DNA of 63,951 bases, counting the filler, from Rhabdomonas costata (lineage: Eukaryota), in NCBI GenBank assembly GCA_019059605.1. It is 33 parts of 33 records of this genome, joined end to end, with 100 filler letters (N's around TTAATTAATTAA, not from the genome) between each part and the next. Parts side by side here need not be neighbours in the genome. Positions count along the whole stretch, not along the records: positions 25,237 to 27,077 come from JAHMHO010008332.1; positions 27,178 to 29,019 come from JAHMHO010008333.1; positions 29,120 to 30,959 come from JAHMHO010008334.1; positions 31,060 to 32,901 come from JAHMHO010008335.1; positions 33,002 to 34,842 come from JAHMHO010008336.1; positions 34,943 to 36,783 come from JAHMHO010008337.1; positions 36,884 to 38,724 come from JAHMHO010008338.1; 26 more parts are not named here. One strand, given 5' to 3'. Below are positions 26,037-38,824 of the stretch, in pieces. Position numbers and translations under genes: made by a program. Below the pieces are notes generated by a model. That model did not search any database, was not told the origin of the DNA, and saw only the letters and a program-made list of their open reading frames with translations. Position 1 is the stretch's first letter; every line of letters begins with the position of its first letter.

Positions 26037-28846
26037 GTTGCTTTGGGAATTCATTTTTGGCTGGTGCCCTTGCCTTCTTCGTTCGTTGCTCGCGGGGATT
26101 TTTGTTTTTTTCCAGCCAGGACTCAAAAACGACCCCTTCCTTCCCTAAGCCTCCGCTTTGAAGGTTTTGTTACCACTTTTAGATCAGCATGGGTTGTGTT
26201 ATGGTGCGGCTTCTTCTGCGTCCTCTCTTCTGTGCCGCGTCTTGCTGTTGAGAACAACGGCTGGAGTAATCACTCCGATAAGATTTTGTGGGATGCCCTC
26301 ACAGGACCGGAAGGCCCCTCGCCCCTGTATCCTTGTCAGGTCTGCTTTTACATGATAACCTATACTATGAAAATTGAGGAGCAGCTGTGCTGCATATCAC
26401 CCTATTCTACTCTAATTTCTGATTTATAAACTCACCCTGACCTTCTGCAGGTGGGCAACACCACGTGCTCTCTTCTCACAGCACCGGACGGCCCATCTGC
26501 ATCTGATTCCTACTCCAAGTCAGGTGTGAACAAGCGGCCAATGGATGGGGGAGTTTTTGCTTCGGGTGTTTTCTATTTTGTTTCGTTGGTGCTGGTGGTG
26601 GTGGGGGAGACGCGTTTAACGTTTAGTACCGTTAAGTGCTCAGAGCTTTCTAACCCGTTTACATTAAAATGCAAAGTTTCCCATTTTAAACTCAGACTTA
26701 CTTCGTATAAAGTGGCAAAGTGACAAAGTGTACTTTTCGAATAAAACCTGCTGAAAGACGAATTCCGTTGTCAGTGCTGCTGGGACTGTGTGTGTATGTG
26801 GATTGCCGTTTTGTGTGGCCTTAACGTTGAGCATAGCACGGACCACGGACAAAAGAAAAACCGTTCAGTGCTCATTCCATCCAGCAGCGAAAAAACACAT
26901 GTAATCGTCCCTTCGCTTCCATGTCTGACAAGCTACTATATTCCGCGAATTTTGTTGTGGCGTCACGATGGTGGTGAAGGTGGAAGGTTGGGGTGAAGAA
27001 GACTGCTGGAAGAAGAAAACCACACTGCACAGGACGACCGTGATCCATTCTCAACGTCGTGCATGTCACCAACAAACNNNNNNNNNNNNNNNNNNNNNNN
27101 NNNNNNNNNNNNNNNNNNNNNTTAATTAATTAANNNNNNNNNNNNNNNNNNNNNNNNNNNNNNNNNNNNNNNNNNNNGGGGGTTGGTGGTGGGGGCTGAA
27201 GGCAGCAGTAGCAGTTTGGGCGTGCCTTCAGATTTAAGGTAGACTTGCTCATTTCATTGATTTGTGTCGCCTGTTGTTGTGAACTTTTATTAGAATTGAT
27301 TTTTAATTGTGGTGGGGATAGGCTTCCCAGCATGCTTAAATGGCTGGTCTCCAGCCAACAACACATTGCGGGTTTCAGCATTCACCCCCATCCACGCAGT
27401 GGCTCCATCACCCATGCTGCTGAGGAGCGCCAAGGCTGCGCAAACCTCTTGCATGCATGTTGTGTCTTGTTCCATCCGCACACACACACGCACACACACA
27501 CACACACACACTGCTGGAGCAGACTTTTTTCCTCAAAATTGGGGATTGTGTTTGTGTGCGTTTGTGTGCGTTCGTTGCGCTCTGTGTATGCGTTCCACTG
27601 ATGGGGTAGCGGGACCCAGTAATGTCATCCGATGAAGACTGATTTTGATTTTAGGCAGCGAGGGGTGCTTTTGGGTGCACATCCACGGTGCTTCCGACCT
27701 GTGGGAGTGCTGCGGGGTTCGCTTCTATGCTTAATCGGCCCTTCTCCTTGCTCTCGTATGGGCGAACAGCCGGTGCCTGAGTTGGGGCTGTCTCTGACGG
27801 GGGGCCGCAGACCGGCTCCCCCCGATGCGATTGTATTGCTAAGTATTTTTTGTGCCTGGTTGTTTCACCAGCTTCCAAGTCCGCCCTGCTGCACCCCCAC
27901 CCCCTGGTACACCTCGCGTAGTTCGGGTTGTGAGGAGATCGGATGAAGGCCTTTATACCTTCCTCATAGGGCAGCTTTTTGGCTGGGACCCTTCTTCGCA
28001 GTTGCAGTTTATGTCTCTCGAGCTCTGAAGCTGCTCTGTTCCTATATTCCTCGGCTTGTGTAAGGCTTGCCAACGAGCCTCTTCTGGATCCCATGGTATG
28101 CTTCGATGATGAACCGGAGAGTTGTGAATTGTACTTGCCGTTGTAGAAGCACGGGATCTGGATAAGCTGGGGCCTCCGCTTTGATTGCTGCTCTTCCCAT
28201 TCCCCCCTCTTTCCTTCTTTCACACTGCGTGGTGCAGCTCTCTGGCTGCTGGCTATTTTTATTTCAGTCTTTCTTGAGTACAATAGCGTTGCAAATGCCG
28301 ATAAGGGGGAAGAGCCTTTTTGTAGAGTTTTCTTGTAGAACCCAACCACGCTAACCGACCAAGGATCAGTATTTTGGGTTAGCTTCCGAGAGGTGTCTGT
28401 ACATAAGGCAAAGCACCAGAGCGTTGGGATGGTTTTTTTAGTCTTTTCTCTTCCCGCGGGTGGTCTTTGCTCCTTCTGCAATTTCCGTTTCCTGCCCGTG
28501 CGTTTTCGACTGTTGGCAGAAATGTGTACGTTGGTTTTGTTGCACGTCGTGGTTTCTTGCGTTTCCCGACAACTTTGGATAAAATGAGCAAGCAATGGAT
28601 TCCTTCCTGCTGTGTCGCAGAATGACTATTTTGTCTTTGGTATTGCAAGATTAAAACCTGTCAACAGGGGCTGAGGCCAATAGTCTTGGAAGCGCGATTG
28701 CATGGATGTGTATAATGTCTCGCGTTGACATGGTACCACACCCAGTTTGGTGCTTACTTCCGGTTAAGGGAGATACAAGCTTAAGTTCAAGATGCGTGGT
28801 CGAGATGTTGCGGACAATATAAATCTTTCTCTTAGTATCCAATGCG

Positions 28847-29019
28847 AAGAGGGCTAAGCTGAAGCAAGCCTGGGCCTCCCGAAACGCTGCGTGGCCGGTC
28901 CTTGGGGTCAGGAGATTCCCGACCTTTCACCCTCGGCCGGTTGTAGTGCCCCTTGGTGGCTTTTTATAACCCTTTTGCGCCGTTTCTTGCCCCACGCAGC
29001 GGAGGGTTTACAACAGCAC
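28847..29019. repeat. Short dispersed repeat family A, copy 1
   Basis: AAGAGGGCTAAGC...GAAACGCTGCGTGGCCGGTCCTTGGG...CCCTTTTGCGCCG...GAGGGTTTA, homologous to 42406-42600 and 47399-47519 on other contigs. Confidence 0.9.
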
Positions 29020-29576
29020 NNNNNNNNNNNNNNNNNNNNNNNNNNNNNNNNNNNNNNNNNNNNTTAATTAATTAANNNNNNNNNNNNNNNNNNNNNNNNN
29101 NNNNNNNNNNNNNNNNNNNTTGTTTTTGGAGCAAAAGGCTCCCTTGCTCCAAAAAATAGTCTGAATAAGTTCCATTACAGTTTTTAGTCTTATATTTGCC
29201 GCTGTATGAGGTGGCCACCTTTCAAAATTCACCTTGGATTTCACCATTATGGGGGTTCTGAGATGCTACAGATGGATGTCAGCAACAGTAACATACCTTG
29301 GTCCTGACGCTGACGGGGGTGTACCAGAAGCGGGAGATCACTTGCTTGGACGTTTTTATGACAATTATCAATGCTAAAAACCGGAATCGGGTTTTCGTAA
29401 ACTCAGGCAAAAAATACTATCCGCCCGGTGAGGATGCCTCGAAACAATCCGCAAAATTTTTATCCACAAGGAAACGTATTCGTCAGTGTCCACCATGAAG
29501 CTCTTGTTTATCATTGTCGTAAACTCATCCTCCCATTGCTTCTTTCTCAGAGGAGGAAATTCCCCTTCCGCTGCAG

Positions 29577-30757
29577 ATGCAGTTTGTGCAGCAGTGCTTC
29601 TACTGCGAGCGATGGGAGTCCTTCCAACGGTGGGCCGGACTGACCCAGACCCGGATCGACGAGCTCCGGAGGACTGTGGAGGAAGGCAAGGCCCCCCTTG
29701 ATTCGCCCAAACACCCATTTTCCATCTTTGCTGTGAACGTTCATCCCTGTATGGATGAATCATAGAAGGGGCGATGACTTGGAACGTTTTTCCAGCGTCG
29801 TTCGCAACGTTCGTTTTCTTTGGGGCGATGCCATCGGAATACCTCGCGGTTATACCAGTAGTTGAGGGCCGTAGGTACGGTAGTTGCGGGTCGTTGGCGT
29901 GGCACGCGTACATGCACACTCTGTTTTCCTTGATAGCCATCTCTTTGCTTCCCCGTTCGCTTCCCCGCTCGCTTCCCCGTCGTTTCCGCCTATTTTTTTG
30001 AAGTCACAAAAGGCCAGGGCACTGCGTTACAACAGTTAGATAAGCAATGAAGCAAAGGCAGTGAAACCATCGTTAAGCAACAGAGGGCACCCCACGGACC
30101 ATGGTGCGGGGAAAGGCGCAAAAGGTACTGAGACATTCAAGTAAGTAACAAACAAAAAGACGGAAATATTGGGGTAGGACGGGTTAATCTCTACATACAA
30201 TTGAAGCCCCTTCACCCTGGAAATTCATTGTATTGTGGTACCGGTTTAGAATCGCGAGCAAAAAATTACACTCAAACACATCTAGTCTACGTTGAAATAT
30301 TCACAAGGAAGGGAACCCAAAACAGCACACCCAAGCTGGCACCCAGGCGCTGCCGCCAAACCTGCAGAGGCTCGGCCCCAGAGCGAGGGGTATATTTCAG
30401 ATTCCAAGCCCCCAATTGCAGCAACGGAAACGGCAGTGCACATGTAAGTCCTCCGCGTCTGGCTCTCTCTTTTCAACGCGCGGCTCTGCTTCAAACAGTT
30501 TTTCGATGTGTCCTCGTGGTGCGATGCATGTACCAGTTCTTCTATCGATTCTGCTGTTTTCTTTTTAGGCACCGAGGCTTCGGAAGCATTGGACTTGGCT
30601 CAGGCAGAGCTAGGTGTGCTCCTGGAGTTCTTTGCGGTTGTGGTGCAGCCCAGCTTGGGCGCAACCCCCGCCCAGGGCTCCTCGGGGGTCGAGCCCAAGA
30701 GCAGGGCTAGTGTCTTGAACGCCTTTGCGGAAAAGTTGCAAGGATGGGCTACGGAGG
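29577..30757 (+). CDS. Unidentified alpha-helical protein; exons about 29577-29685 and 30569-30757, joined by a probable GC-AG intron
   Basis: cag|ATG CAG TTT...GAG GAA G|gcaag ... tttttag|GC ACC GAG (phase 1 on both sides); high-GC3 exon-like codons. Confidence 0.5.
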
Positions 30758-31059
30758 TCTGCCACCTCTGCACACCGTTCCGCTTAACTTTGTGTGTTTG
30801 TGTGTGTCCTCTGAAAATGAGAATTTAGGATTCTTAAGCAAAGCAACCAGTGGAGCAACCTGTTTGCTGTTGACTTGAGCCACGCCTATCTCCAATGACT
30901 CCTGCACACCAGCGTGTGTGCAGGTGGGTGGGTGCCCCACCGCATCGGCGGTGTTTTGTNNNNNNNNNNNNNNNNNNNNNNNNNNNNNNNNNNNNNNNNN
31001 NNNTTAATTAATTAANNNNNNNNNNNNNNNNNNNNNNNNNNNNNNNNNNNNNNNNNNNN

Positions 31060-31966
31060 GGTGGTGGGGGGTAAAGAACCTAGCAGCGTCTAGGTCCATT
31101 GGTGTGTGGCCAGGCGGGTGAGAGGAGTGCTGCTTGGGAGGAGGCGGTGACGAGAATGTTGGGAGTGGCGATGAGGGGGGTGGCACTGTGCTTGATGCTT
31201 GAACTACGTAGGTGACTTGTGGCGCGGGGCGTGGCTCTCGGAAGATCTCCCAGGCGATCTCATAGGCCGCTTCGAGCGTCTGAGGGTTCCGTTTTGCGAC
31301 CTTGTGCGCCATCCAGCTTTCCAGCATTTGGATGAACAAAAAGATTAGGTGGGGGGTCCGGTAGGACTCAGGGAGACACTCGACCATGGTTTTGAATTTG
31401 GCCTGCGCGCTGGGAAAGTCGCCGTTTTGCATGCGCACATTTGTTTGCAATTCCTGCATGATTTGGTAGTGGTAGTACTTGGAGAGGTAGTGGGCTTTGA
31501 GCACATCGGTGAAACTGCTCCACGAGGCAAATGTGTCTTGTCCTGACAAAATGCTTCGTCCTGAGTCACCCAATGCTATCTTTGCGTAGCTAATTGCAAC
31601 CTGGTCCGGGACTAGTCGATGTTGTTTTCGTTGCTCGACTCGGACGAGCCATTCAAGAAAGTGCTCAAGTTTCCCGTCAAACTTTTCGAATTCTGGGTTT
31701 GCTTCTTGAAGTTTCCGTAGGCCTGCTGCTTCTGCGGTTTCCGGCTGGTGAAAGCCGGTGACGGTATGGAGTGATTGCCCCGTAACTTGCACGAAATTCT
31801 GCATCATGTTCATTAGGGCTGTTTGTTTTTGTGCCATTAGGGTCATGGCTTGCCCCAGTAGGGCTGGTGTGAATTCCTGCGGTAGGGGCGCTGGCTGCGG
31901 TACCTGAGGTCTTGGGGGTAATCCTGCAGGGTTTGGTGTTCCTCCTTCAGGTTGGTTACCGCTCAT
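31060..31966 (-). CDS. gag: Ty3/gypsy LTR-retrotransposon Gag (3'-truncated by the contig end)
   Basis: Intronless ORF of about 300 aa with FEKFDGKLEHFLEWLVRVE, W..F...L...Y and PMDLD gag motifs, downstream of a PBS. Confidence 0.85.
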
Positions 31967-32189
31967 TGTTGTTTGTTTCTATTCCCGACAGCTAGGTGTA
32001 CGGTGAGGTTTTTTTTTGGGGGGGGGATTTTAGCGGTACTTTTCCCAAAGTTTTCCCCTGTACCTACCCTATTCTTTCACGGTAGGGGAACCAATAGCGC
32101 AAAAAAAATGGGGGGGAACTGGATTGGTGTTTCTTGCGAAAAATTCACTGAGTGGTGTTCCTGGGGGGGTGCGCAGGTCGAAACAAAAA

Positions 32190-32201
32190 CCTCTGCTACC
32201 A
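32190..32201 (-). promoter_or_regulatory. Primer-binding site complementary to the initiator tRNA-Met 3' end
   Basis: The minus strand reads ...CTAACA-CC-TGGTAGCAGAGG: an LTR-like CA end followed by the classic tRNAiMet PBS, about 225 bp upstream of the gag ATG. Confidence 0.85.
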
Positions 32202-33123
32202 GGTGTTAGAGTCCGGTCTCCCGGATCTACTCTGGGTTTTTACCCTTTGATTTCACTTTTTGTTGATCCCAGTTGTTTGATCCCTGTTTACTCTCTATCT
32301 TCCACTTAACACAGGGATAATCGGTGGGAACTTTCACCGGTGGGGAATCACAGTTCACACGGTAAGTTCAACACAGGAAGATCGAAAGAAGGAGAAGGGA
32401 CCAACAGGCAAGAAAAACACGCCGCCTGATTCCGAGAGGTCGGTTGGCGGTTGGGATTTTTTTGGAAGCTCAGAAAGAGGTAAAAGGAAGCCAAGAGGGA
32501 ATTTACAAGTAAAGCATTGGAAAACTCTCAGAAAAGTAAAAGCTTTGATGGGGATTGATTCTAACGCCTGATGATTAATTTGGAAAACTCGGTAGGAAAT
32601 TTCCGACAAATTTCAGCGGTAGACTTGCATTTTTAATAAACCTAAAGCCAGTCAGGGGAAAACACGCAATACTGTACAAAACAGGGGCGACAATGGGATG
32701 AGGGGATGAAAAGCGCAATGTAACGCAAGGGGACTCGAACCAAGGTGCGGGTTGAGGTCACTGCGCAGCACCAGTGTGAGGAAAAGAAACAGTCTGTCAA
32801 AAGAACTGTGTTGTGTCAAAGGTAGTGGGTTGTCCAGCCATGATTTGGCCCACAAGATGGATGAGGGAAGAATGAGCGAGAGAATCGGCTACAAAATTCG
32901 ANNNNNNNNNNNNNNNNNNNNNNNNNNNNNNNNNNNNNNNNNNNNTTAATTAATTAANNNNNNNNNNNNNNNNNNNNNNNNNNNNNNNNNNNNNNNNNNN
33001 NTTGTTTTGTTTACGGAGAACAAAATGTTCCCAAGTCACTTTTTCTGTTAATTACCATTTCCGTGTGTGTGTGTCAATCTCTCGCCAAGGCGAACTAATT
33101 GTGGGGGGGTGATGAGTAGGTAC

Positions 33124-34808
33124 CCTGCTGGTAACGGATCCGCACGCTGGCGTCCACGGGGGTGAGCACCACACACTGTGCCACTGAGGCCTTGCGCAGG
33201 GCCTCCGCCATCGCGGCTTGCCACTCCTCACAGCTAAGCTCCTGAAAAACGAAAGACGAAAAGAGAGTATGTGTACTCGGTGCATCCATCAAGATGCAAA
33301 ACGAAATGCCTGCGTTGCGAGCAACTCGAAAGATATTCATTTTCGCATTGCACGTAACATCAGGGCGGTGGACCTCAGCCTGTGTGACGCCGCGCTTCCC
33401 TGTTGCATCAGCTTGAATGCCTCACTGGCGCAGCCGGAATCTGACGTGATGAGCTTCGCTACGGTTGCGGCGTCTTTTCCAATCTCTTCGAGGTACGCTG
33501 CCCACGGCTTTGCTGACAGCACGACGTCTGTTCGAGTGCGTATGTGTGTAGAGGAGGGCCGCACCGATTGCTCCGAAAGTAGCTCCTGTGCAAGGGCTGC
33601 GGCCGCTGTGCCGGCAGCGTCATCCTCCCCAACCTCGGGGGCGGGTGAGGACACGGGGCAGGACCGGAGGTACAGCGAGAACTGCCTTAGCGACAGGAGT
33701 TTATGAGTGAAGGGCCCGACCTCCGTGACGAAGCTGGGGCTCCACGTCGGGGAGGAGCTCACGCAGCCCAGATCGGACACCACCATGCCCAAACTGAATC
33801 CGCCCTGCTCGGGGTCTTCGTACCGCACATGGACGGAGCGGATCTTGACTTGGATGTTATCCAGGATCACCCGCCGCAGCCGATGGAAGAACCCCGAACC
33901 TGTGGCGTGGCGTATAATAGCTGAAAACGAACCTACAGGCACTCATCACAGGGCACTGCCTGAATGTCAGGTGGGCTTCTGCGGCCGAGTTTCCGCTGTC
34001 CCAATTAAGACATGCAGGAGCACAAGGAGAATCGTAAACATTAACATAAGGAGCAATTCCACAAGACTAGCCCCTCCCACACTGTGCCAAAGAAGAAAAT
34101 CCTTACTACTCCCTTACCCATATACTTGCAGGTTTTCAGGAGAAAAGAATGGCGCACATACAAACATATACTTACACACTGTCCCAGTCACCGAAACCAA
34201 GAGGATGGGACGAGGAAGAGAATTCTGCAGGTTTGGATGAATAGGCGCTTTCCAGGCAGGTTAGAGCATTTAAAGGCCGAAGGGGACGAAGGCAACCGGG
34301 GCGGGGAAAATTTCCTTTCTATTTCAAACGGGCCTGTTCCAAAGCAAAACGGGAAAAGGGGCCTCGGGAAAAGGGGCCTCACCCTAACCCTGAACCTCAG
34401 TTGAGAGCTCGGCGAAACGTAATGTTACAGCATACCTTCACCATTGCAAAGCAATTTGAGAAGAAAAAAAAGCGAAAACGTGGATGCAGCAGTAGAAGCA
34501 GAGGACCATAGTATGACGTGGAGAGGGCCTCTCCTGCGGCGGAGGGAGAGGGCAAGTTCGGCGCCGCCGCTGGTGCCGCCGTGGAGGGGCTACGGTGGTG
34601 GTGGCCTTGGCTCTGCTGCTCTCGGGCCGCTTCGAAGAGCTCCAGCTGCTCCCTCTTCAGCTGCAACTGCTGCGCCCGCTCGCGGGCCTCATCCCATGGC
34701 GTGGCCCGCCGCGGCCGCACCACCAACAGCACATCGTCGATCTCCAGCACCACGGGCTCGCTCTGGAGGCGGTTCCACGGGATTGACAGCTTTAGGCACC
34801 CAAAGAAC
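33124..34808 (-). CDS. VPS13: VPS13-family protein, N-terminal chorein region; exons about 34808-34507, 33899-33565 and 33241-33124
   Basis: FFGCLKLSIPWNRLQSEPVVLEIDDVLLVVRP and ILDNIQVKIRSVHVRYED...HKLLSLRQFSLY are chorein-N hallmarks; GT-AG boundaries keep phase. Confidence 0.9.
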
Positions 34809-35809
34809 CTGCAAAAGAAAAGCATTAAGAATCACACAAAACNNNNNNNNNNNNNNNNNNNNNNNNNNNNNNNNNNNNNNNNNNNNTTAATTAATTAANN
34901 NNNNNNNNNNNNNNNNNNNNNNNNNNNNNNNNNNNNNNNNNNGTGGGGGTGGGCATTGAAAAGTACGAAAGCACGAATATATAACGCGGTTTTCACCCGC
35001 CCGTGAAGTGCTACGTGACATGAGACTTTGGTATTGATGGCAACAGTTAGGGACAGCGTTTCTTTTGGTCACGCTTTCCCTCTCCTCTTAAAAAAGCATA
35101 TGAAATGGGTTCCTCAACGCAAATTTGTATAAAACATGAAAAGAAAAAAAGACGCAACCGCCCCACCCTTGCAAAGCTGAGCAGAATTCCTTGGTGCAAC
35201 TGACAAGGAAACATGCAGCCTACGAGCGCTTGAGAAGCAAGGTCTGAAATCTTGACCCAAGCGGCCAGACCTCGCGAAAGCATTCAAGCTTGCAGTCGTT
35301 GCCCAAAAGACCATCGTCCAATGAACGACAACTCCACCACGGTACAGACATACTGGCCAACTCCAGGAGGGGTGTAGCCACAGCTCGAGGCCTGACCACC
35401 ATTCAGCTTCACAGCGACAGCCGGGTTCCATCTGAGTAACAGAAAATTGCGGATACCCTAGCAAATTGGGGACACTGATTACCCCCTCTGAGGCCACAAC
35501 CAGTTGAAATACAAGAAAAAAGGAATATTGAACCTCAGGAACATGTCAGCGTCCTCCAAAATCATTTACTGCTGGTTAAGTGCCGGTTTGAAAAAAGGAA
35601 GAGTGGGGCAGCATGTTTCGAGCGAGCACCAGTTCGCGGTGCGGACGGAGCCGAGGCGGGAACGTGGCCTGTTGGATCTTACAATGACGTTTAACAGCTG
35701 TAGGGACCGTTGTGAAAGAAAAACAAAGAGCAGTCAAGCAGGTAGGTAGGTTTTTGAGCAAGAGGTTTTCTTTTCGTCTTATGAGAGTTACAAAGAGACA
35801 GAGAGATAG

Positions 35810-36783
35810 TCAGCTCAGTGAGGTCCGCTTTTCTCCTGTACGGTCCCACAGTAAGAGCAAGGTTTCGGGATCGCACCGCTGCAGCCGAGGGGTGGCCCCG
35901 GGGCGGAAGTGGCCCAGCCAAAGGTGCCTCTCCTCAGGCCACTTTTTGAGCACTCCCAGCTCGTCATCCATAAGTTCAAACTTCAGCTGAGTTGGCGTCA
36001 CCGAGCCAGTGTTCTCCCAAACCTGAACACAGCAACACCAACTATTTCTCCTAAATTCCTAACACCGACCCAAAGGAAGTTCGCGCTCGTCCGAGCTCCG
36101 CCTAAAAAGTTTGATTGAGTTGAAACGAACTCGTGAAGGCACGAGTTCGACTGGAATTGGGTTGCACAACGATAACTAGGACTTCAAGCCGGCATACTTT
36201 CAGTCATGGAGAACAGGCGTAGCCGCAGTTAGAAGTCCAAAAGTCAGGGAGTGCAGACTCACAACTACAAAAGGACTCAACGAGCACGACACCATACGGT
36301 ATGCAGGTATGTAGAGGTGGGGTGGAGTCTTCCGCAGAACATGTATAGGTTTTTCCCCCGGAAACATCAAATCTCATCTATCACCGTGGCACTGTTCCAG
36401 AGCTTGGTCCACGACACATACAGTGAAACACGAAACAACGCCACGAAACCCTGGGAGTGGGAGAAACGGGGATGTTTCCTTTGCATACCTTTAGTCACGC
36501 ATCACCTATATAACCCTCAAGGATACGCACAAAAGCAAGCGATGTTTCGACCTCAGCAATTCGCTCCGCCGTACCCGCTGTGGCCCTGGCTCTGGCCCCT
36601 AACCCACAAACAAAGCATCTGAGAGTCTGCTTCAGTTGAGAATTCAGGTAGCCTTCCGGCAACACCGCGATCCAGAGACGAAAAAACTCCTGCGCGGCCT
36701 TGAAAGTGATCACTTCATATGTTCTTCTGGATAGGATCGGATCATAAGCCCATCCGACATTCATACGCAGCAGGCACGCGCAC
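35810..36783 (-). CDS. Hypothetical protein, last two exons (36783-36552 and 35986-35810)
   Basis: GAG|gtcgaa ... actcag|CTG AAG joins ...WAYDPILSRRTYEVITFKAAQEFFRLWIAVLPEGYLNSQLK...ERIAE to LKFELMDDELGVLKKWPEERHLWLGHFRPG...*. No family recognised. Confidence 0.5.
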
Positions 36784-38824
36784 NNNNNNNNNNNNNNNNN
36801 NNNNNNNNNNNNNNNNNNNNNNNNNNNTTAATTAATTAANNNNNNNNNNNNNNNNNNNNNNNNNNNNNNNNNNNNNNNNNNNNGGTGTTGTTGCTGCTAC
36901 TGGCGCAGTCCTGGCCCGTTCGGGCCATCTTCAGCGGTGGCTCGGCGGGATAGGCGTCTGCGCTGCGCTTCGGTGGAGAGGCTGGACTTGGGGGTTCCGC
37001 CTCGGTCTTAGGAAGAGCGAGAGAGAGAGAATCCAGCAGTTACCGACTGGCCGACAACTCACACAAAAAAAGCAGCCAGAATAAGCACGTGGCAGCTATA
37101 CAGTGAGCTACGGCGATATGGCCTTGGGGGATGTGATGGAAACTTTGGCAAATGCGGAGCGCATGAATGCAAAAGCAACCAACCCCAATCACTTCCAAGG
37201 GCCCTTACCTACTCTACGTCACCTGTGCCAAGCTTAACTTCCTGAACGGCACCGCAGTAATTTCCTCATACATCCCGAGGGGTTTTCACCCGAGATCCCT
37301 GACAGTCAGTCCCACGGTTCACAAACAAGCTGATCGCAACGCAATCCGTTCCTTCTCCTTTTCTAACCACTGAAGATTGAAGATGGGGGGGGGGGGAAGA
37401 AAACACGCATGAATGGACAGAATGGAAAGGTTGACGTACGGAAATGGCCTCACCGGACCCGCTGTCGTTCAAGGTTTCCATGGGCTTTCCAGAGGAAATA
37501 AACCTTTTTGCTGTACTGCACGAGTGCAAAGCGACAAGAAAGCGAAAGGCACAAAGGTTCCGGCGCCATGATGCAGGTATTATTACAGTAGATTATACCC
37601 CAGTGCAGGTACAGTAAAGGTGATCACAACAGGGCTCGTGATCGTTCTTGTGGGTTCAGGTTTTGACATCGGCAAATTTACCCATGCTGGTGAGTTCGGT
37701 ACCCTGTAGACCGCTGGGAGGTGGGGGACGGACCGAGCAGGTCCAGGTTCGCTTCTACGGGATGGGCCTGAAATAGTGGTAAACATGGTCCTACAAAAGT
37801 TGCAGAACCATGCCTCTGCCTCCTCAACTTCCATGACTTATACTGCCGAGGTTCCCGGGAATTAGCATAATTGGCATATGAACATACACCAACCAAGAGC
37901 TTGGAGTAATGCCACGTGCAAAGTCATCTTTGGCCGCTTGGAATTGACACATAGTATATGATCGACATGCTCCGGGATTACCTGTAACAGTGCGGAACAT
38001 CAGCATTAAAAAAGCCCCAGGCCCACCTCTCCAGCAATGCGGGCCAGCACAGCCTCCAAGCAGCTTTCCGACCAGAGAGCAATTGTTAATCAGAGCGGTG
38101 AAGTAAATCTTCTAAGATGGCATCTCCTAATCGAGACCTTCTTCCCAGTGGTTACTGCGCGAAAAGCAGCCATAAGCCGAACAGATACAACATTCAGCAC
38201 CACGAGTCCATTATACCCACCTACACATGAACCACTCGGGCAGCCACACGTTCTGCAGAGGCCCTTCCTATGCACCCAAACGGCCTGAACATCAGGCCAC
38301 GCGTCATGCAAACATACAAAGTGCAACACAAACAACCCGGATTCAGGCCACTTGCTTCCTTACACGGTCACCCTGGAGGCCTCAAATAGAGAGCAGTAGC
38401 GGGGGCTCGTGACTGCTCCCGTCCCCAGCGCAGGCAACCGCCGAGGAGCAGGCGAGAGGTTAAGGGTTCGGTTGGGGGTGAACGACGCGGCACTTTGGCT
38501 GGGTGGCGGTCGGCCGTCTTCGACGTAATACACTCGCCGTTCATCCAGGAGCTTGTTGGGACATGGAATCTGAACCAAAAGAAATTCAGCGTCAACTGGA
38601 AGGAACCACATTGGGGCTACCATTGGAACCGAGAAGTGCAACACCACAAAAATCGCTCTTTATGGAGGAAAAGGAGGGTATCACCGCAACCCGACATACA
38701 GTTCTTGGCTTCACCCCAAACCACNNNNNNNNNNNNNNNNNNNNNNNNNNNNNNNNNNNNNNNNNNNNTTAATTAATTAANNNNNNNNNNNNNNNNNNNN
38801 NNNNNNNNNNNNNNNNNNNNNNNN

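Larger units (their letters stand above)
31060..32311 (-). mobile_element. 5' portion of an LTR retrotransposon (LTR end, PBS, 5'UTR, gag)
   Basis: LTR 3' end at 32204. A TGTTA...TAACA pair would bound a 108-bp LTR at 32204-32311, but the LTR start is uncertain. Confidence 0.75.

Noticed and set aside
28858..29000. Hammerhead ribozyme in repeat family A (CTGAAGCA...GAAAC GCTGCGTGG...CCACGCAGCG)
   Set aside because: The core is not CUGANGA, the UH cleavage site is missing, and copy 2 has CCGAAG and a different pairing.
32728..32742. tRNA gene suggested by minus-strand GGTTCGAGTCC
   Set aside because: Only a B-box/T-loop-like motif; no acceptor, D or anticodon stems could be folded.
34382..34396. 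Telomeric repeat (CCCTAACCCTGA)
   Set aside because: Fewer than two perfect units, and located inside an intron.
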